Source: Bacteroidota bacterium | Lineage (GTDB): Bacteria > Bacteroidota > Ignavibacteria > UBA10030 > SZUA-254 | Direction: 5' to 3' | Assembly: GCA_020056225.1 (NCBI GenBank) | Contig: JAGVIE010000025.1 | Coordinates: 38,995 to 102,994, forward strand | DNA length: 64,000 nt | Part shown: positions 27,956-37,413 of the stretch, in pieces | Layout: each line of letters begins with the position of its first letter | Numbering within the stretch: the stretch's first letter is position 1 | Translations under genes and position numbers: made by a program | The notes under the pieces: model-generated | Databases searched by the model: none | What the model was told of the DNA's origin: nothing | What the model saw: only the letters and a program-made list of their open reading frames with translations

Positions 27956-29242
27956 TTATGATCTATATGATCTGGCAAGAAGGGATACGGGATGAACGAC
28001 CTCCATATTCAACCGATATTTGCGGATTCCATATTGAAGCTGGAGATGACAGCCGGGATTCGCCGTAACAACTATATCAGCTCTCGTGGATGCAAGATTG
28101 TTCATTTTTCTATCTAAAATTTTCATCGAGTCATCATAACGAACCACATTATAAATTCCCGCACTGCCGCAGCACCATGTCGCTTCCGGCAACTCGGCAA
28201 ATTCGATACCCGGAATTGATTGTATCAATTGCCGCGGCTGTTGACTGATCTTCTGAGTATGAACAAGATGACATGCTTCATGGTAAGTAACTTTTATATT
28301 CATGGTGCCCGGTTTTTTTGTGAGTTCAATTTCCATCAAGAATTCTGATATATCTTTTACCTTAGCCGATAGCGATGCGGCACGACTTGCGTACAGTTCA
28401 TCATCGGCAAATACACGGCTATATTCTTTCATGAAAGCGCCGCAGCCGGCTGAATCGGTAATGAGCGCATCGAATTGAAATCGTTCAAACACTTCAATGT
28501 TTTTTCTCGCGAGATTCTTCGCGGCTTCGATTTCACCGTTATGCGCGTGAAGCGAACCACAGCAGACTTGCTTTTTCGGAATCACTACTTCAAATCCATT
28601 TGCCGTTAGAACATCTACCGCATCATGGTGGATATCTGCAAAAGCGACATTCATGATACAGCCTGATAAAAATGCAACCCGTCCGCGTACTTCTCCATTC
28701 GGTGAGATAACCTCGGCAACTTCTTCATCGAAGAATTTATCGTTTATTGTCGGAAGAAGTTTATGCTTCTCGCACAATTGATTCGAAAAGATTTTTAGTA
28801 TCCCCGATTGCTCTACTGCATCATTCAAGCCGCAACGCTGGTAGAAGCGCATCAATCTTGCAGCAGATTTGATCCTTCCGGGTGATGATAGAACATTCTG
28901 TAAAAATATTTTCTTCAGGAATCTTAATCCAAACGGCTCTCTATGCTCTTCTGCAATCTGATTGCGCGCTTCTTCAACAAGCTCACCGAAATGGACTCCT
29001 GCCGGACATGCCGTCTCGCACGCCTGGCAATCCAAACAAAAATACATTTCATCAACAAAAATATCGGACAACGGAAGCTGATCGTTTTGAACTGAATTGA
29101 CAAGACGAATCCTTCCGCGGGGAGAAGATTCTTCACGATAATTCAGATTGTACGTCGGGCATGTCGGCAGACAAAGTCCGCAGTGGATGCACTTGTTGTA
29201 AACATCGTTCAGATGCTGTTTCAATGTTTCAGTCAGCGCCAT
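27956..29242 (-). CDS. glcF: (Fe-S)-binding oxidoreductase subunit, GlcF/LutA-like (two 4Fe-4S ferredoxin motifs plus two CCG domains); start reassigned to the internal ATG
   Basis: 'CIHCGLCLPTCPTY' and 'CLDCQACETACPAG' are ferredoxin clusters. 'CCGSLHAHNG' and 'CCGSAGIYN' are CCG motifs. The track ORF starts at 29308 (MVGAH...) but 'MALTETLKQ' at 29242 gives a sensible N-terminus and avoids a 76-bp overlap with the rhomboid gene. Confidence 0.75.
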   Translation of the reverse strand: MALTETLKQHLNDVYNKCIHCGLCLPTCPTYNLNYREESSPRGRIRLVNSVQNDQLPLSDIFVDEMYFCLDCQACETACPAGVHFGELVEEARNQIAEEHREPFGLRFLKKIFLQNVLSSPGRIKSAARLMRFYQRCGLNDAVEQSGILKIFSNQLCEKHKLLPTINDKFFDEEVAEVISPNGEVRGRVAFLSGCIMNVAFADIHHDAVDVLTANGFEVVIPKKQVCCGSLHAHNGEIEAAKNLARKNIEVFERFQFDALITDSAGCGAFMKEYSRVFADDELYASRAASLSAKVKDISEFLMEIELTKKPGTMNIKVTYHEACHLVHTQKISQQPRQLIQSIPGIEFAELPEATWCCGSAGIYNVVRYDDSMKILDRKMNNLASTRADIVVTANPGCHLQLQYGIRKYRLNMEVVHPVSLLARSYRS

Positions 29243-29907
29243 TTTCGTTTCCTCATGAATGGAAACAAAACCGCTCCTGCGGCAAAGCCGCCTATGTGCG
29301 CCCACCAAGCTATTCCTCCTGCATCCGCGCCGATTCCAAGCGCGAACATTCCGCTGATTATCTGCAGAAGGAACCAGATACCTAAGAAAAGAAAGGCGGG
29401 TAATTCAATAATCTGGAAAAAGAAAAAGATCGGGATCAGCGTTGTGATTTTTGCAGTGGGAAACATAAATACATAAGCGCCAAGTACGCCTGCTATAGCG
29501 CCGCTTGCGCCCACCATCGGTACATTAGAATCGGGGAACATGTAGATTTGTGTGAATGCCGCGGCTAAACCTGCGGCGAGATAAAAAAAGATATATTTGA
29601 AATGACCGAAACGATCTTCCACATTATCACCGAAGATAAACAGGAATAACATATTGCCCAGGAGGTGCATCCAGCCGCCGTGCAAAAACATTGAAGTGAA
29701 CAACGGAATAACCGTTCCGGTATTGACCTGAAATGATTGTAGGTCGCCTGTGAAGTTCAACGGGATAAGTCCGAATTGAAAAACAAAATCCGCCATCTCT
29801 TTTGAAAGAGAGAACTCATAAAGGAAAACCATAACGTTCATCGCAATCAGAAAATAATTCACGACCGGAATTGTTCTGGATGGATTGGTATCTCGCAGTG
29901 GGATCAT
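29233..29907 (-). CDS. Rhomboid-family intramembrane serine protease
   Basis: Multiple TM helices. 'GASGAIAGVLGAY' is the GxSG catalytic Ser. 'WAHIGGFAAGA' is the catalytic His. Confidence 0.8.
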   Translation of the reverse strand: MIPLRDTNPSRTIPVVNYFLIAMNVMVFLYEFSLSKEMADFVFQFGLIPLNFTGDLQSFQVNTGTVIPLFTSMFLHGGWMHLLGNMLFLFIFGDNVEDRFGHFKYIFFYLAAGLAAAFTQIYMFPDSNVPMVGASGAIAGVLGAYVFMFPTAKITTLIPIFFFFQIIELPAFLFLGIWFLLQIISGMFALGIGADAGGIAWWAHIGGFAAGAVLFPFMRKRKWR

Positions 29908-29976
29908 GTATCGGAATTGTTATATGCGATGCAGTTTAAAATTTTAGTTAACCGGTTTATAGAATCTTATCGTTGA

Positions 29977-30627
29977 TTAAATGTGCATTCCCAGCCACTT
30001 CGCAATATCATTCAAACTCTCCTCGTCGATCTGATGGTCCATTTCATATTCGCGGTATGTCAAATCTGCGCCGGCGTTCCTGAGAAGTTCTTTCGCACGC
30101 TTTGCATACGATACAGGTATGATGGAATCGAATTTTCCGTGCCCAACGAATACCGGTTTATTCTTCATCCCGCTCCATGAATATTTTAAATCGCCGTCTT
30201 CGGGTATCAAGCCGCTGTTTGATAGAATACCTTTTACAGAATCGGGCTGGGTGAGTGTGAGAACGAACGACATCATGGCTCCCATGCTGAAACCGAATAA
30301 AAATACTCTCTGCGGATCTATCGGATAACCCTGCTTGACGTCATCAATGAATTTAGTCAGCTTCTGATAACTTTCATCAAACATCTTTTTATCCGGCTTG
30401 CCTATATCGACGATATCGAACCAGGTAAAGCCGCCTGAGTATGCAAACTGATACGGCGCTCTCACACTGATGATGAACAAGCGCTCATCGAGAAACTCCG
30501 ATAAACCAAACAGGTCATTCTCATCTGCGCCACGACCATGAAGCATAATAATCGCCGGAGCTTTACCGGCGGTTTGTGTTCTTGGAGGAAGAATTTTATG
30601 AACAAGCGTGGTTTGGATTAAATTCAT
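29977..30627 (-). CDS. Alpha/beta-hydrolase esterase (phospholipase/carboxylesterase family)
   Basis: 'IIMLHGRGADEND' and the nucleophile elbow 'LFGFSMGAMMS' (GxSxG). Size is 216 aa. Confidence 0.75.
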   Translation of the reverse strand: MNLIQTTLVHKILPPRTQTAGKAPAIIMLHGRGADENDLFGLSEFLDERLFIISVRAPYQFAYSGGFTWFDIVDIGKPDKKMFDESYQKLTKFIDDVKQGYPIDPQRVFLFGFSMGAMMSFVLTLTQPDSVKGILSNSGLIPEDGDLKYSWSGMKNKPVFVGHGKFDSIIPVSYAKRAKELLRNAGADLTYREYEMDHQIDEESLNDIAKWLGMHI

Positions 30628-30731
30628 TCTTGATTTTAGATATTAGATTTCTGATTTACAATTTTCAATTGGCAATTATCAATTGACTTTTCTGTTTTTG
30701 AATAAACTGCTTTTAACTTGCTTCCCTTGCT

Positions 30732-32186
30732 TCATATCCACGCTACATCCTCAAACTTCTTTATCTGTTCTCTGTCTGTCGGAAGCGGTCCTTCACATTT
30801 CGGTTTCAGGTCGAATATCTTTCCGGGATTCAGGATATTGTTTGGGTCCATCATTTGTTTCAGTGTTCGCATCATCGTCATCGAAGGTGAACCGACCATC
30901 TTTTCAAGTAATCTCTTCTTGTACAACCCAACACCATGTTCGCCCGTGATCGTCCCGCCAAGATCGATAGCCGCTTCTTCTACTTCGATAATCGATTTTT
31001 CTGCGCGTGCGAATGCTTTTGCATCTCGTTTATCTGTCATGTAGTTTGGATGAAGATTACCGTCGCCCGCATGACCGAACGTGCCGATGCGAACATCATT
31101 CTTCTTACCAATCTCACAAATACGGCTGACCAATCTTGCAAGCTCGGAGCGCGGAACAGCAACATCCTCCGTCATGGTGGTCGGTGTAGCGCGTGCAAGC
31201 GATGCAAATGCTGATCGGCGTGCTGTTTTTAATTTCACCGACTCGCTTTCATCTTGTGCGACCTTTATTGTTGTTGCATTATGCTTCCTGCATATTTCAT
31301 TTACGAGTAAAGCATCGTCATCAACAACAGATTTCTTTCCATCCAATTCAATCAAAAGTATAGCCGCAGTCTCTATCGGCAAACCAATGTGAGTATAGTC
31401 TTCCACACACCTGATAGTTGTGTTATCAAGAATTTCCAGCATCGAAGGAGTTATCTTCGCTGTAATTATCGCTGATACAGTTTTTGCCGCATCATCCATC
31501 GTTGGAAAGAACGCAAGAAATGTTCGGGATGTCTCGGGTTTCGGAATTATCTTCAATAATATTTTTGTGAATATACCGAGCGTACCTTCAGAGCCGGTGA
31601 GAACATCTTTCAAATTATATCCGGCTACATCTTTAACAGACTTTCCTCCCGTATGAAGAATCTCACCTGTTGGCAAAATTACTTCCATCCCAAGCACATA
31701 GTTCTTCGTTACTCCGTATTTCAGACCGCGCAGACCTCCGGCATTCTCGGCAACATTCCCGCCGATAGTTGAAATGCTTGCGCTTCCCGGATCGGGAGGA
31801 TAAATAAATCCGAACTTCTCAACCTCTTGCTGAAGAACTGCGGTGATAACACCCGGTTCAACCCAAACGCTTAAATTTTCCTGATCGATTTCGAGTATGC
31901 GATTCCAATGATTTGTGAGGAGTATGATGGAATTTTCTGATGGAAGTGTGCCACCGCTCAATCCTGTTCCGGAACCTCTTGGGATAACTGTGAATTTTTC
32001 TGCGTTCGCAAGCTGAATGATTTGTGAAATTTGCTCAGCCGTTGATGGACGAACAACAACATCGGGAAGCGGTGCATTGATAGGTGAGGAATCATAAGAA
32101 TAAGCCAGACGCGATTCCGGTGAATCAAAAAGATTCTCTCCGCCAATAATTTCTTTTAGCTTTTTAACGATATTCGTTGAAATCAT
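30732..32186 (-). CDS. glcD: FAD-linked oxidase, glycolate oxidase subunit GlcD-like
   Basis: FAD-binding PCMH region 'VIPRGSGTGLSGG'. C-terminal 'GEHGVGLYKK' is typical of the GlcD/D-lactate dehydrogenase family. Confidence 0.8.
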   Translation of the reverse strand: MISTNIVKKLKEIIGGENLFDSPESRLAYSYDSSPINAPLPDVVVRPSTAEQISQIIQLANAEKFTVIPRGSGTGLSGGTLPSENSIILLTNHWNRILEIDQENLSVWVEPGVITAVLQQEVEKFGFIYPPDPGSASISTIGGNVAENAGGLRGLKYGVTKNYVLGMEVILPTGEILHTGGKSVKDVAGYNLKDVLTGSEGTLGIFTKILLKIIPKPETSRTFLAFFPTMDDAAKTVSAIITAKITPSMLEILDNTTIRCVEDYTHIGLPIETAAILLIELDGKKSVVDDDALLVNEICRKHNATTIKVAQDESESVKLKTARRSAFASLARATPTTMTEDVAVPRSELARLVSRICEIGKKNDVRIGTFGHAGDGNLHPNYMTDKRDAKAFARAEKSIIEVEEAAIDLGGTITGEHGVGLYKKRLLEKMVGSPSMTMMRTLKQMMDPNNILNPGKIFDLKPKCEGPLPTDREQIKKFEDVAWI

Positions 32187-32194
32187 GTAGGATG

Positions 32195-33208
32195 TTATAC
32201 GTCCCTTCCAACCGCTTGAGCGACTGCTTTCACTTCCTTCATCAATTGCCGGAAAGCATCCGGTGTCAGCGATTGTTCGCCGTCAGAAAGTGCTTCCGAG
32301 GGATTCGGATGAACTTCCACCATCAACCCGTCAGCGCCGGCAGCGATCGCCGCACGACTCATCGGGATAATCAGATCATTTCTTCCCGTACCATGACTCG
32401 GATCGACTATGATCGGAAGATGAGAAACTTTTTTAATTGCCGGAATGATATTCAAATCGAGTGTGTTGCGCGAATACTCGACAAAACTTCTGATACCTCT
32501 TTCACACAAAATTACCTGATCGTTGCCGCCCGAAAGAAGATATTCAGCGCTCATCAGAAATTCATTGAGTGTCGCTGAAAAATTTCGTTTCAACAAAATC
32601 GGTTTCTTAACCTTGGACAATTCACGAAGTAACTTAGTGTTGTACATATTGCGAGACCCAACCTGAAGTAAGTCGGCATATTCCAGAACAGTATCCAGTT
32701 CTGAAATATCGATCACCTCGGTCACAATCCCCAAGCCAGTCGCCTCACGCGCTTTCGCAAGCAATTTCAACCCGTCTTTACCTAAGCCCTGAAATGTATA
32801 TGGACTCGTGCGCGGCTTGAAAGCACCTCCCCGAAGCAACGAGGCGCCGGCAGTTTTCACTGCTTGCGCCGTCAGCAATAACTGCTCTTCGTTCTCTACA
32901 GAGCAAGGACCTGCAATCACTATAATCTTTTGTCCTCCGAATGTCGCACCCTTGACTTCTACTTTTGTATCATTTTGCTTGAATTCTCTGCTCGCTAATT
33001 TATATGGCTTCAAGACCGGGATTACATTCTCAACATGCGGCAATAATGAAAACTGTTCTCGTACCAGATTTCTCTCTTCGCCGACAACGTTGATTATAGT
33101 ACGCGAGGAGTCTCTCAGAAGATTCGCCTGACACCCGATCTCCTCGGCATGCGTAATAACTTGCTTAATATCTTCATCTGTGGCATTTACTGCCATCACA
33201 ATGATCAT
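32195..33208 (-). CDS. 3-deoxy-7-phosphoheptulonate (DAHP) synthase, type I-beta with an N-terminal regulatory domain
   Basis: 'IIVIAGPCSVENEEQ', 'KPRTSPYTFQGLG' and 'VDPSHGTGR' are DAHPS/KDO8PS-family motifs. The approximately 70-aa N-terminal extension favours DAHPS over KdsA. Confidence 0.75.
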   Translation of the reverse strand: MIIVMAVNATDEDIKQVITHAEEIGCQANLLRDSSRTIINVVGEERNLVREQFSLLPHVENVIPVLKPYKLASREFKQNDTKVEVKGATFGGQKIIVIAGPCSVENEEQLLLTAQAVKTAGASLLRGGAFKPRTSPYTFQGLGKDGLKLLAKAREATGLGIVTEVIDISELDTVLEYADLLQVGSRNMYNTKLLRELSKVKKPILLKRNFSATLNEFLMSAEYLLSGGNDQVILCERGIRSFVEYSRNTLDLNIIPAIKKVSHLPIIVDPSHGTGRNDLIIPMSRAAIAAGADGLMVEVHPNPSEALSDGEQSLTPDAFRQLMKEVKAVAQAVGRDV

Positions 33209-33352
33209 AAATATTCCGATAATTACTATATATCAAACCAAATTTAAAGTTGTGTAAAGATAAGAAAAAATGTTGAGAATGTATAGTTTCTCTATCGCAG
33301 AATGATCTGTTTTGAATTCTAATGATTAATGAATATATTTTAAATGAATAAT

Positions 33353-33439
33353 GGCGATGGAGTTCGCCGATAACTATTCCTGAATTGGGATTGATAACTC
33401 CTACAATTATAACCGATGTTATTGTTGTAGGAGTTTTTT
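33353..33439 (+). promoter_or_regulatory. Fluoride riboswitch (crcB motif) with an overlapping intrinsic terminator as expression platform
   Basis: 'GGCGATGGAGTTCGCCGATAAC...TTGATAACTCCTAC' matches the conserved crcB-motif cores (GGnGAUGGnGUUCGCC ... cUGAUgAuGCCUAC-like 3' segment). It is followed by the stem CTCCTACAA/TTGTAGGAG (33402-33410 / 33424-33433) plus TTTTTT. It lies 25 bp upstream of the crcB GTG start. Confidence 0.7.
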
Positions 33440-33463
33440 ATGCATAAGTCAAAGGAATAAATT

Positions 33464-33838
33464 GTGATAAAATATTTACTCGTTTTCGTAGGTGGTGGAA
33501 TCGGTGCATCCGTTCGTTATTGGCTGACAGGTATTGTTTACAAAATTGTACAGAATGAGTTTCCGTACGGGACGTTCATAGTCAACACTGTCGGATGCTT
33601 CTTGATAGGCTTTCTAATCCTCGGAATGGAAGATCGATTTGTTATGAGCCCATCACTTCGCATATTTCTCACTATCGGTATTCTCGGCGGGTTCACCACG
33701 TTCTCAACATTTAGTTATGAGACAATTGCACTCTTCCGGGACGGCGAAATCTTATTTGCATTGACGAACGTTTTTGCAAGTATTATTGTGTGCTTAACTG
33801 CAACGTATACCGGAATAGTCATAGGTAAATTATTATAA
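33464..33838 (+). CDS. crcB: Fluoride ion channel CrcB/Fluc (GTG start)
   Basis: 'VFVGGGIGASVRYWL', 'GTFIVNTVGCFLIGFL' and 'GILGGFTTFSTFS' are the hallmark CrcB motifs. An AAGGA SD lies 8 bp before the GTG. Confidence 0.9.
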   Translation: MIKYLLVFVGGGIGASVRYWLTGIVYKIVQNEFPYGTFIVNTVGCFLIGFLILGMEDRFVMSPSLRIFLTIGILGGFTTFSTFSYETIALFRDGEILFALTNVFASIIVCLTATYTGIVIGKLL

Positions 33839-33854
33839 TCGAAAAGGATTCAAG

Positions 33855-34205
33855 ATGAAACTTTCAGGTGATGGTAAATTGTTGAGGATTTTTCTCGGTG
33901 AATTAGACAAATATGAACACAAACCGTTATATGAGGTTATAATTCTAAAAGCACGTGAACTGGGATTAGCGGGGGCAACTGTTCTAAGAGGTGTGCAGGG
34001 TTTTGGAGCAAGAAGCCGGGTGATCCACACTGCAAAAATTCTCCGATTATCCGAAGATCTCCCGATCGTTGTCGAGATAGTTGATAATGAAAACAAGATC
34101 AGAAATTTTCTGCCTGTCGTCGATGAACTTTTCGAAAAAGTCGGATGCGGCGGCATGGTTACTATAGAGAAAGTAGAAATCATTAGATACACACCTGGTA
34201 AATAG
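33855..34205 (+). CDS. DUF190 (PII-like) protein commonly co-transcribed with crcB in fluoride-responsive operons
   Basis: 116 aa, 'ILKARELGLAGATVLRGVQGFG'. It sits immediately downstream of crcB under the same riboswitch. Confidence 0.8.
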   Translation: MKLSGDGKLLRIFLGELDKYEHKPLYEVIILKARELGLAGATVLRGVQGFGARSRVIHTAKILRLSEDLPIVVEIVDNENKIRNFLPVVDELFEKVGCGGMVTIEKVEIIRYTPGK

Positions 34206-34714
34206 ATATTCGGAAATTGATAACCGTCTTGCATTTAATAGATTATTTTCTATTATTTATTATGTGAAGAGTTTTGCACGACATATAACGACACTGTTGA
34301 TCATATCCTGCTACCTCACAATCACACTCACAGGTCAGAATGGAATTCTTCACTCGATCATTAACATCGGTAACGGAGAGCACCAGGTCGATACCGGAAA
34401 CAATTCTACACCCTCCGATTTTAAAATTTATTTTGTACAGGGGAAACATCTTCCGCTGACAATCAAGATTCAAGTCCCGTCCGAATCGATTCTTTCAATA
34501 ATTCAGTTTCCCGAACAAACGAAATTCATATATCCAAATTATTCTTGTACTCTTCTAACTCTTCAATCTTTTAAATTTATTCGTTATCTTCCCCGCGACC
34601 CTCCCGTGGCGTAGTTATTCCGTCCAACAAATAATTAAATCAATACCTGTGACAATGATATTAATTCATTTTCACGTGGTGTTATTATTTTAAAACATTC
34701 GAAGGAGAACTACG

Positions 34715-34855
34715 ATGAATCAGCAAAATCAAAAACGGGAAGATTTGCAACAAAATTCTGAACAGGGATTTCCGTTTCAACTCAAATTGTTGATTGTGGG
34801 AATTGCTATCGGTTTGACAATTCTTGTTCTTGAGTTCACCGGCTATTTCAAATAA
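34715..34855 (+). CDS. Possible 46-aa small single-TM membrane protein (below the ORF-track size cutoff)
   Basis: Strong SD 'GAAGGAGAA' 5 bp before the ATG. Translation is MNQQNQKREDLQQNSEQGFPFQLKLLIVGIAIGLTILVLEFTGYFK. It sits inside an otherwise gene-poor 800-bp gap. Confidence 0.3.
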   Translation: MNQQNQKREDLQQNSEQGFPFQLKLLIVGIAIGLTILVLEFTGYFK

Positions 34856-35011
34856 GCGATTATAAAAATCCGATGTTAGTGCCGGATGTGGGGCTTTGAT
34901 GAATAAAGATCAATCTCTGATTTTTAGAATATCGGAGATAATCTGTGCCTGTTATCGGTCAGGTTCTGTTTCAATACGGGCAATCGATCTAAGAATCTCA
35001 TCCGGCAGATA

Positions 35012-35902
35012 TTATCTAAGGAATAAAACAGCCACACCAACAACTGCAATGAAGGCGCCGATGATAGCCCGCCACGATAATTTTTCCTTATATACGAATC
35101 TCACCAGCGGCAACATCAATATCGGTACTATCGCCATGATTGTTGCGGCAATTCCAACCTTAGTGTATTCTATTGCTATCAGGCTGAACGATATTCCGAG
35201 GAAGGGTCCGAATATCGAGCCGAGTCCCGTCAGCCAGAATGCTTTTTTATCCTGATAATACATCCTGATTGGATTCTTGTACCGCTTGGTTAAGAATGCT
35301 AACGGTAGAAGCAAGACGAGAGATGCGACGATTCTAATTTCATTTGCTACAAATCCATTTATTTCTCCATCATGGAATGCCATCTTTGCAAAAATGAGTC
35401 CGATGCCTTGCCCCACCGCTCCAAGAAATGCGTAAATAATTCCCGACGTTGTAATCAAAATCTTTTCGGATGGATTTGCTCCTTTATCGAGTACAACAAT
35501 GGCAACACCAAACACTGTAACTATCATTCCCAGCACTCCAGCCGACGAAAGCGTTTCACCGAGAACGAAATATGCAAGTATAGCGGCAAACGCCGGCGCT
35601 AGCGACATAATAAGCATACTGATCCGCGCGCCGATTTCTTGAAATGCTTTGAATAAAAAAGTATCCCCGAGAGCTAACCCAATTACACCGCTGATGCTTA
35701 GATTCAAGATTTGTTTGTATGATAGATTAATATTAAAATCCATCACGATAATTAAAATCGTTAGGTACACGACAGCAAGAATAAGCCGGGTGATGTTTAC
35801 CTGGAACGATCCGACTCTTTTTGCGGCAGATGCAAACACCATAGCGCTGACCGACCAGAGCATGGCAGTAAGCAGCGCACTCAGTTCACCAAGGAAGGGC
35901 AT
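35012..35902 (-). CDS. DMT-superfamily (EamA-type) transporter
   Basis: Ten predicted TM helices arranged as two EamA-like halves. Size is 296 aa. Confidence 0.75.
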   Translation of the reverse strand: MPFLGELSALLTAMLWSVSAMVFASAAKRVGSFQVNITRLILAVVYLTILIIVMDFNINLSYKQILNLSISGVIGLALGDTFLFKAFQEIGARISMLIMSLAPAFAAILAYFVLGETLSSAGVLGMIVTVFGVAIVVLDKGANPSEKILITTSGIIYAFLGAVGQGIGLIFAKMAFHDGEINGFVANEIRIVASLVLLLPLAFLTKRYKNPIRMYYQDKKAFWLTGLGSIFGPFLGISFSLIAIEYTKVGIAATIMAIVPILMLPLVRFVYKEKLSWRAIIGAFIAVVGVAVLFLR

Positions 35903-36004
35903 CGGGATGAATCAAAAATAATATAATTGTTTAAGAGTATTTTAGCGAAGGAATCAATACGTCATCCAACGAGATAATATTTGTCATAATCCCCAGCTCG
36001 CACC

Positions 36005-37213
36005 TCAATCATTCGAATCTTCCAGAGGCTTCAAACCAAGTTTTCCCGATTCGTGTTTTAAGATATGAACCAGGAAATTGAGTTTCGGAACCATCCTGCC
36101 GTTGACGAAGATACGGGGCGTCCCATTGACACCAACCCGATGTGCATCTTCTATTAATGCGCCAACTTTGTTCCGATTTTCCACGGTCGTGAGACATAGT
36201 CTCATTGCTGCGGTATCGAGTCCCGCCATCGCACTGATGCGCATAACGTCTCCCGGAACTGCCGTTCGCGGTTGCTGGTTGAAAAACATATCGTGATATT
36301 CCCAGAATTTACCCTGATCCTCTGCGCAGATTGAGCCGAGGGCAGCCCAGCACGCACCGGGATGTTTTTTCGACTTCTGATATGGATTACAACCGGGATC
36401 AAGAGGATAACTTTTAAAATAGACCACCATACGATCTCCCCACGCCGCAATATGCTGTTTGAATATCATACTGACATTTCTGCAATAAGGACAAAGGAAA
36501 TCGGAGTATATCACAACCTTGATCGGCGCATCCACAGAACCCTGGTAAGGTACGTGTTCAAGGTTGAGTGTTTGCACCGGCGCTTTCTCGAATTCTTCTA
36601 TTGCTGCCTCAGCAAAGCGAGCCTCAATGCCGGAGATATCATGATAGGCGATCGCGTAATTTGTTGCGCCCACTGCAACCGCCAGTACAACAACGCCGAT
36701 CATAGAACCGGTTACGAACATTTTCCCATCCGATGTTGCGAGGAGTTCCGCAACCTTCTTCATGCTCGCCCCCCGCCGATACTTCATCAGCGTCAAGAGG
36801 AATATTATTGTCATCGCGTAAGTCGACAGGCAAATAGTGCAAAATGTTTTAAGTATAAAAGCCTGGAGAGCCAGCAAGAGGATATCGACGATCAGAGCAA
36901 AAGCTGCGGTAAAGAAACCGAACCTGTAAGCAAAGTCGAGAGTTTTTCCCCCGCCGACGGCAGCCAAACCTATTACCAGCATCAATGAGAGATAAAAAAA
37001 CAAGCCGAATGCGGCTAACGGTATTCCCCCTACAGTAGAATACTCACTACGGTTAACGGCATCGCACCCGCTCGCAGGATTATCGCCGCATAGCATACTG
37101 ATAAGATAATTCTCGTGGGTTTTGTTGTAATGCTGATACAGAAGGAGACCTGAAAGAAACGCACCGATGAATGCAGTGATGAGGAGAACAAAGACCGTAC
37201 GACGACTGAACAT
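36005..37213 (-). CDS. Vitamin K epoxide reductase (VKOR) domain fused to a periplasmic thioredoxin/DsbA-like domain
   Basis: An N-terminal 5-TM domain with loop cysteines 'CGDNPASGC' and a membrane CxxC 'TFCTICLS'. A C-terminal soluble domain with 'CPYC'. Confidence 0.75.
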   Translation of the reverse strand: MFSRRTVFVLLITAFIGAFLSGLLLYQHYNKTHENYLISMLCGDNPASGCDAVNRSEYSTVGGIPLAAFGLFFYLSLMLVIGLAAVGGGKTLDFAYRFGFFTAAFALIVDILLLALQAFILKTFCTICLSTYAMTIIFLLTLMKYRRGASMKKVAELLATSDGKMFVTGSMIGVVVLAVAVGATNYAIAYHDISGIEARFAEAAIEEFEKAPVQTLNLEHVPYQGSVDAPIKVVIYSDFLCPYCRNVSMIFKQHIAAWGDRMVVYFKSYPLDPGCNPYQKSKKHPGACWAALGSICAEDQGKFWEYHDMFFNQQPRTAVPGDVMRISAMAGLDTAAMRLCLTTVENRNKVGALIEDAHRVGVNGTPRIFVNGRMVPKLNFLVHILKHESGKLGLKPLEDSND

Positions 37214-37413
37214 AATAAGAAACCGATTACTGGAGTGAGTTGATTATAATTGTTTTATAATAGGCAAAGATCAACGAAAAGTCAAGGATAGGAGACGCCA
37301 ACTGGAGGTTGGGAGCTGAAATGCAGAAATGGTTTAAGAAGGTATTCAAAAAGTAGTGCCGAGTGAAGATCATCATTGGCGAAATTTAAAGATCGCCGTG
37401 AGAAGTCTTATAA

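Noticed and set aside
27956-29308. Upstream start (MVGAHRRLCRR...) for the GlcF-like gene as given in the ORF track
   Set aside because: That start would create a 76-bp overlap with the rhomboid gene and an Arg-rich, non-conserved leader. The internal ATG at 29242 (MALTETLKQ...) is 8 bp past the rhomboid stop and fits GlcF N-termini.
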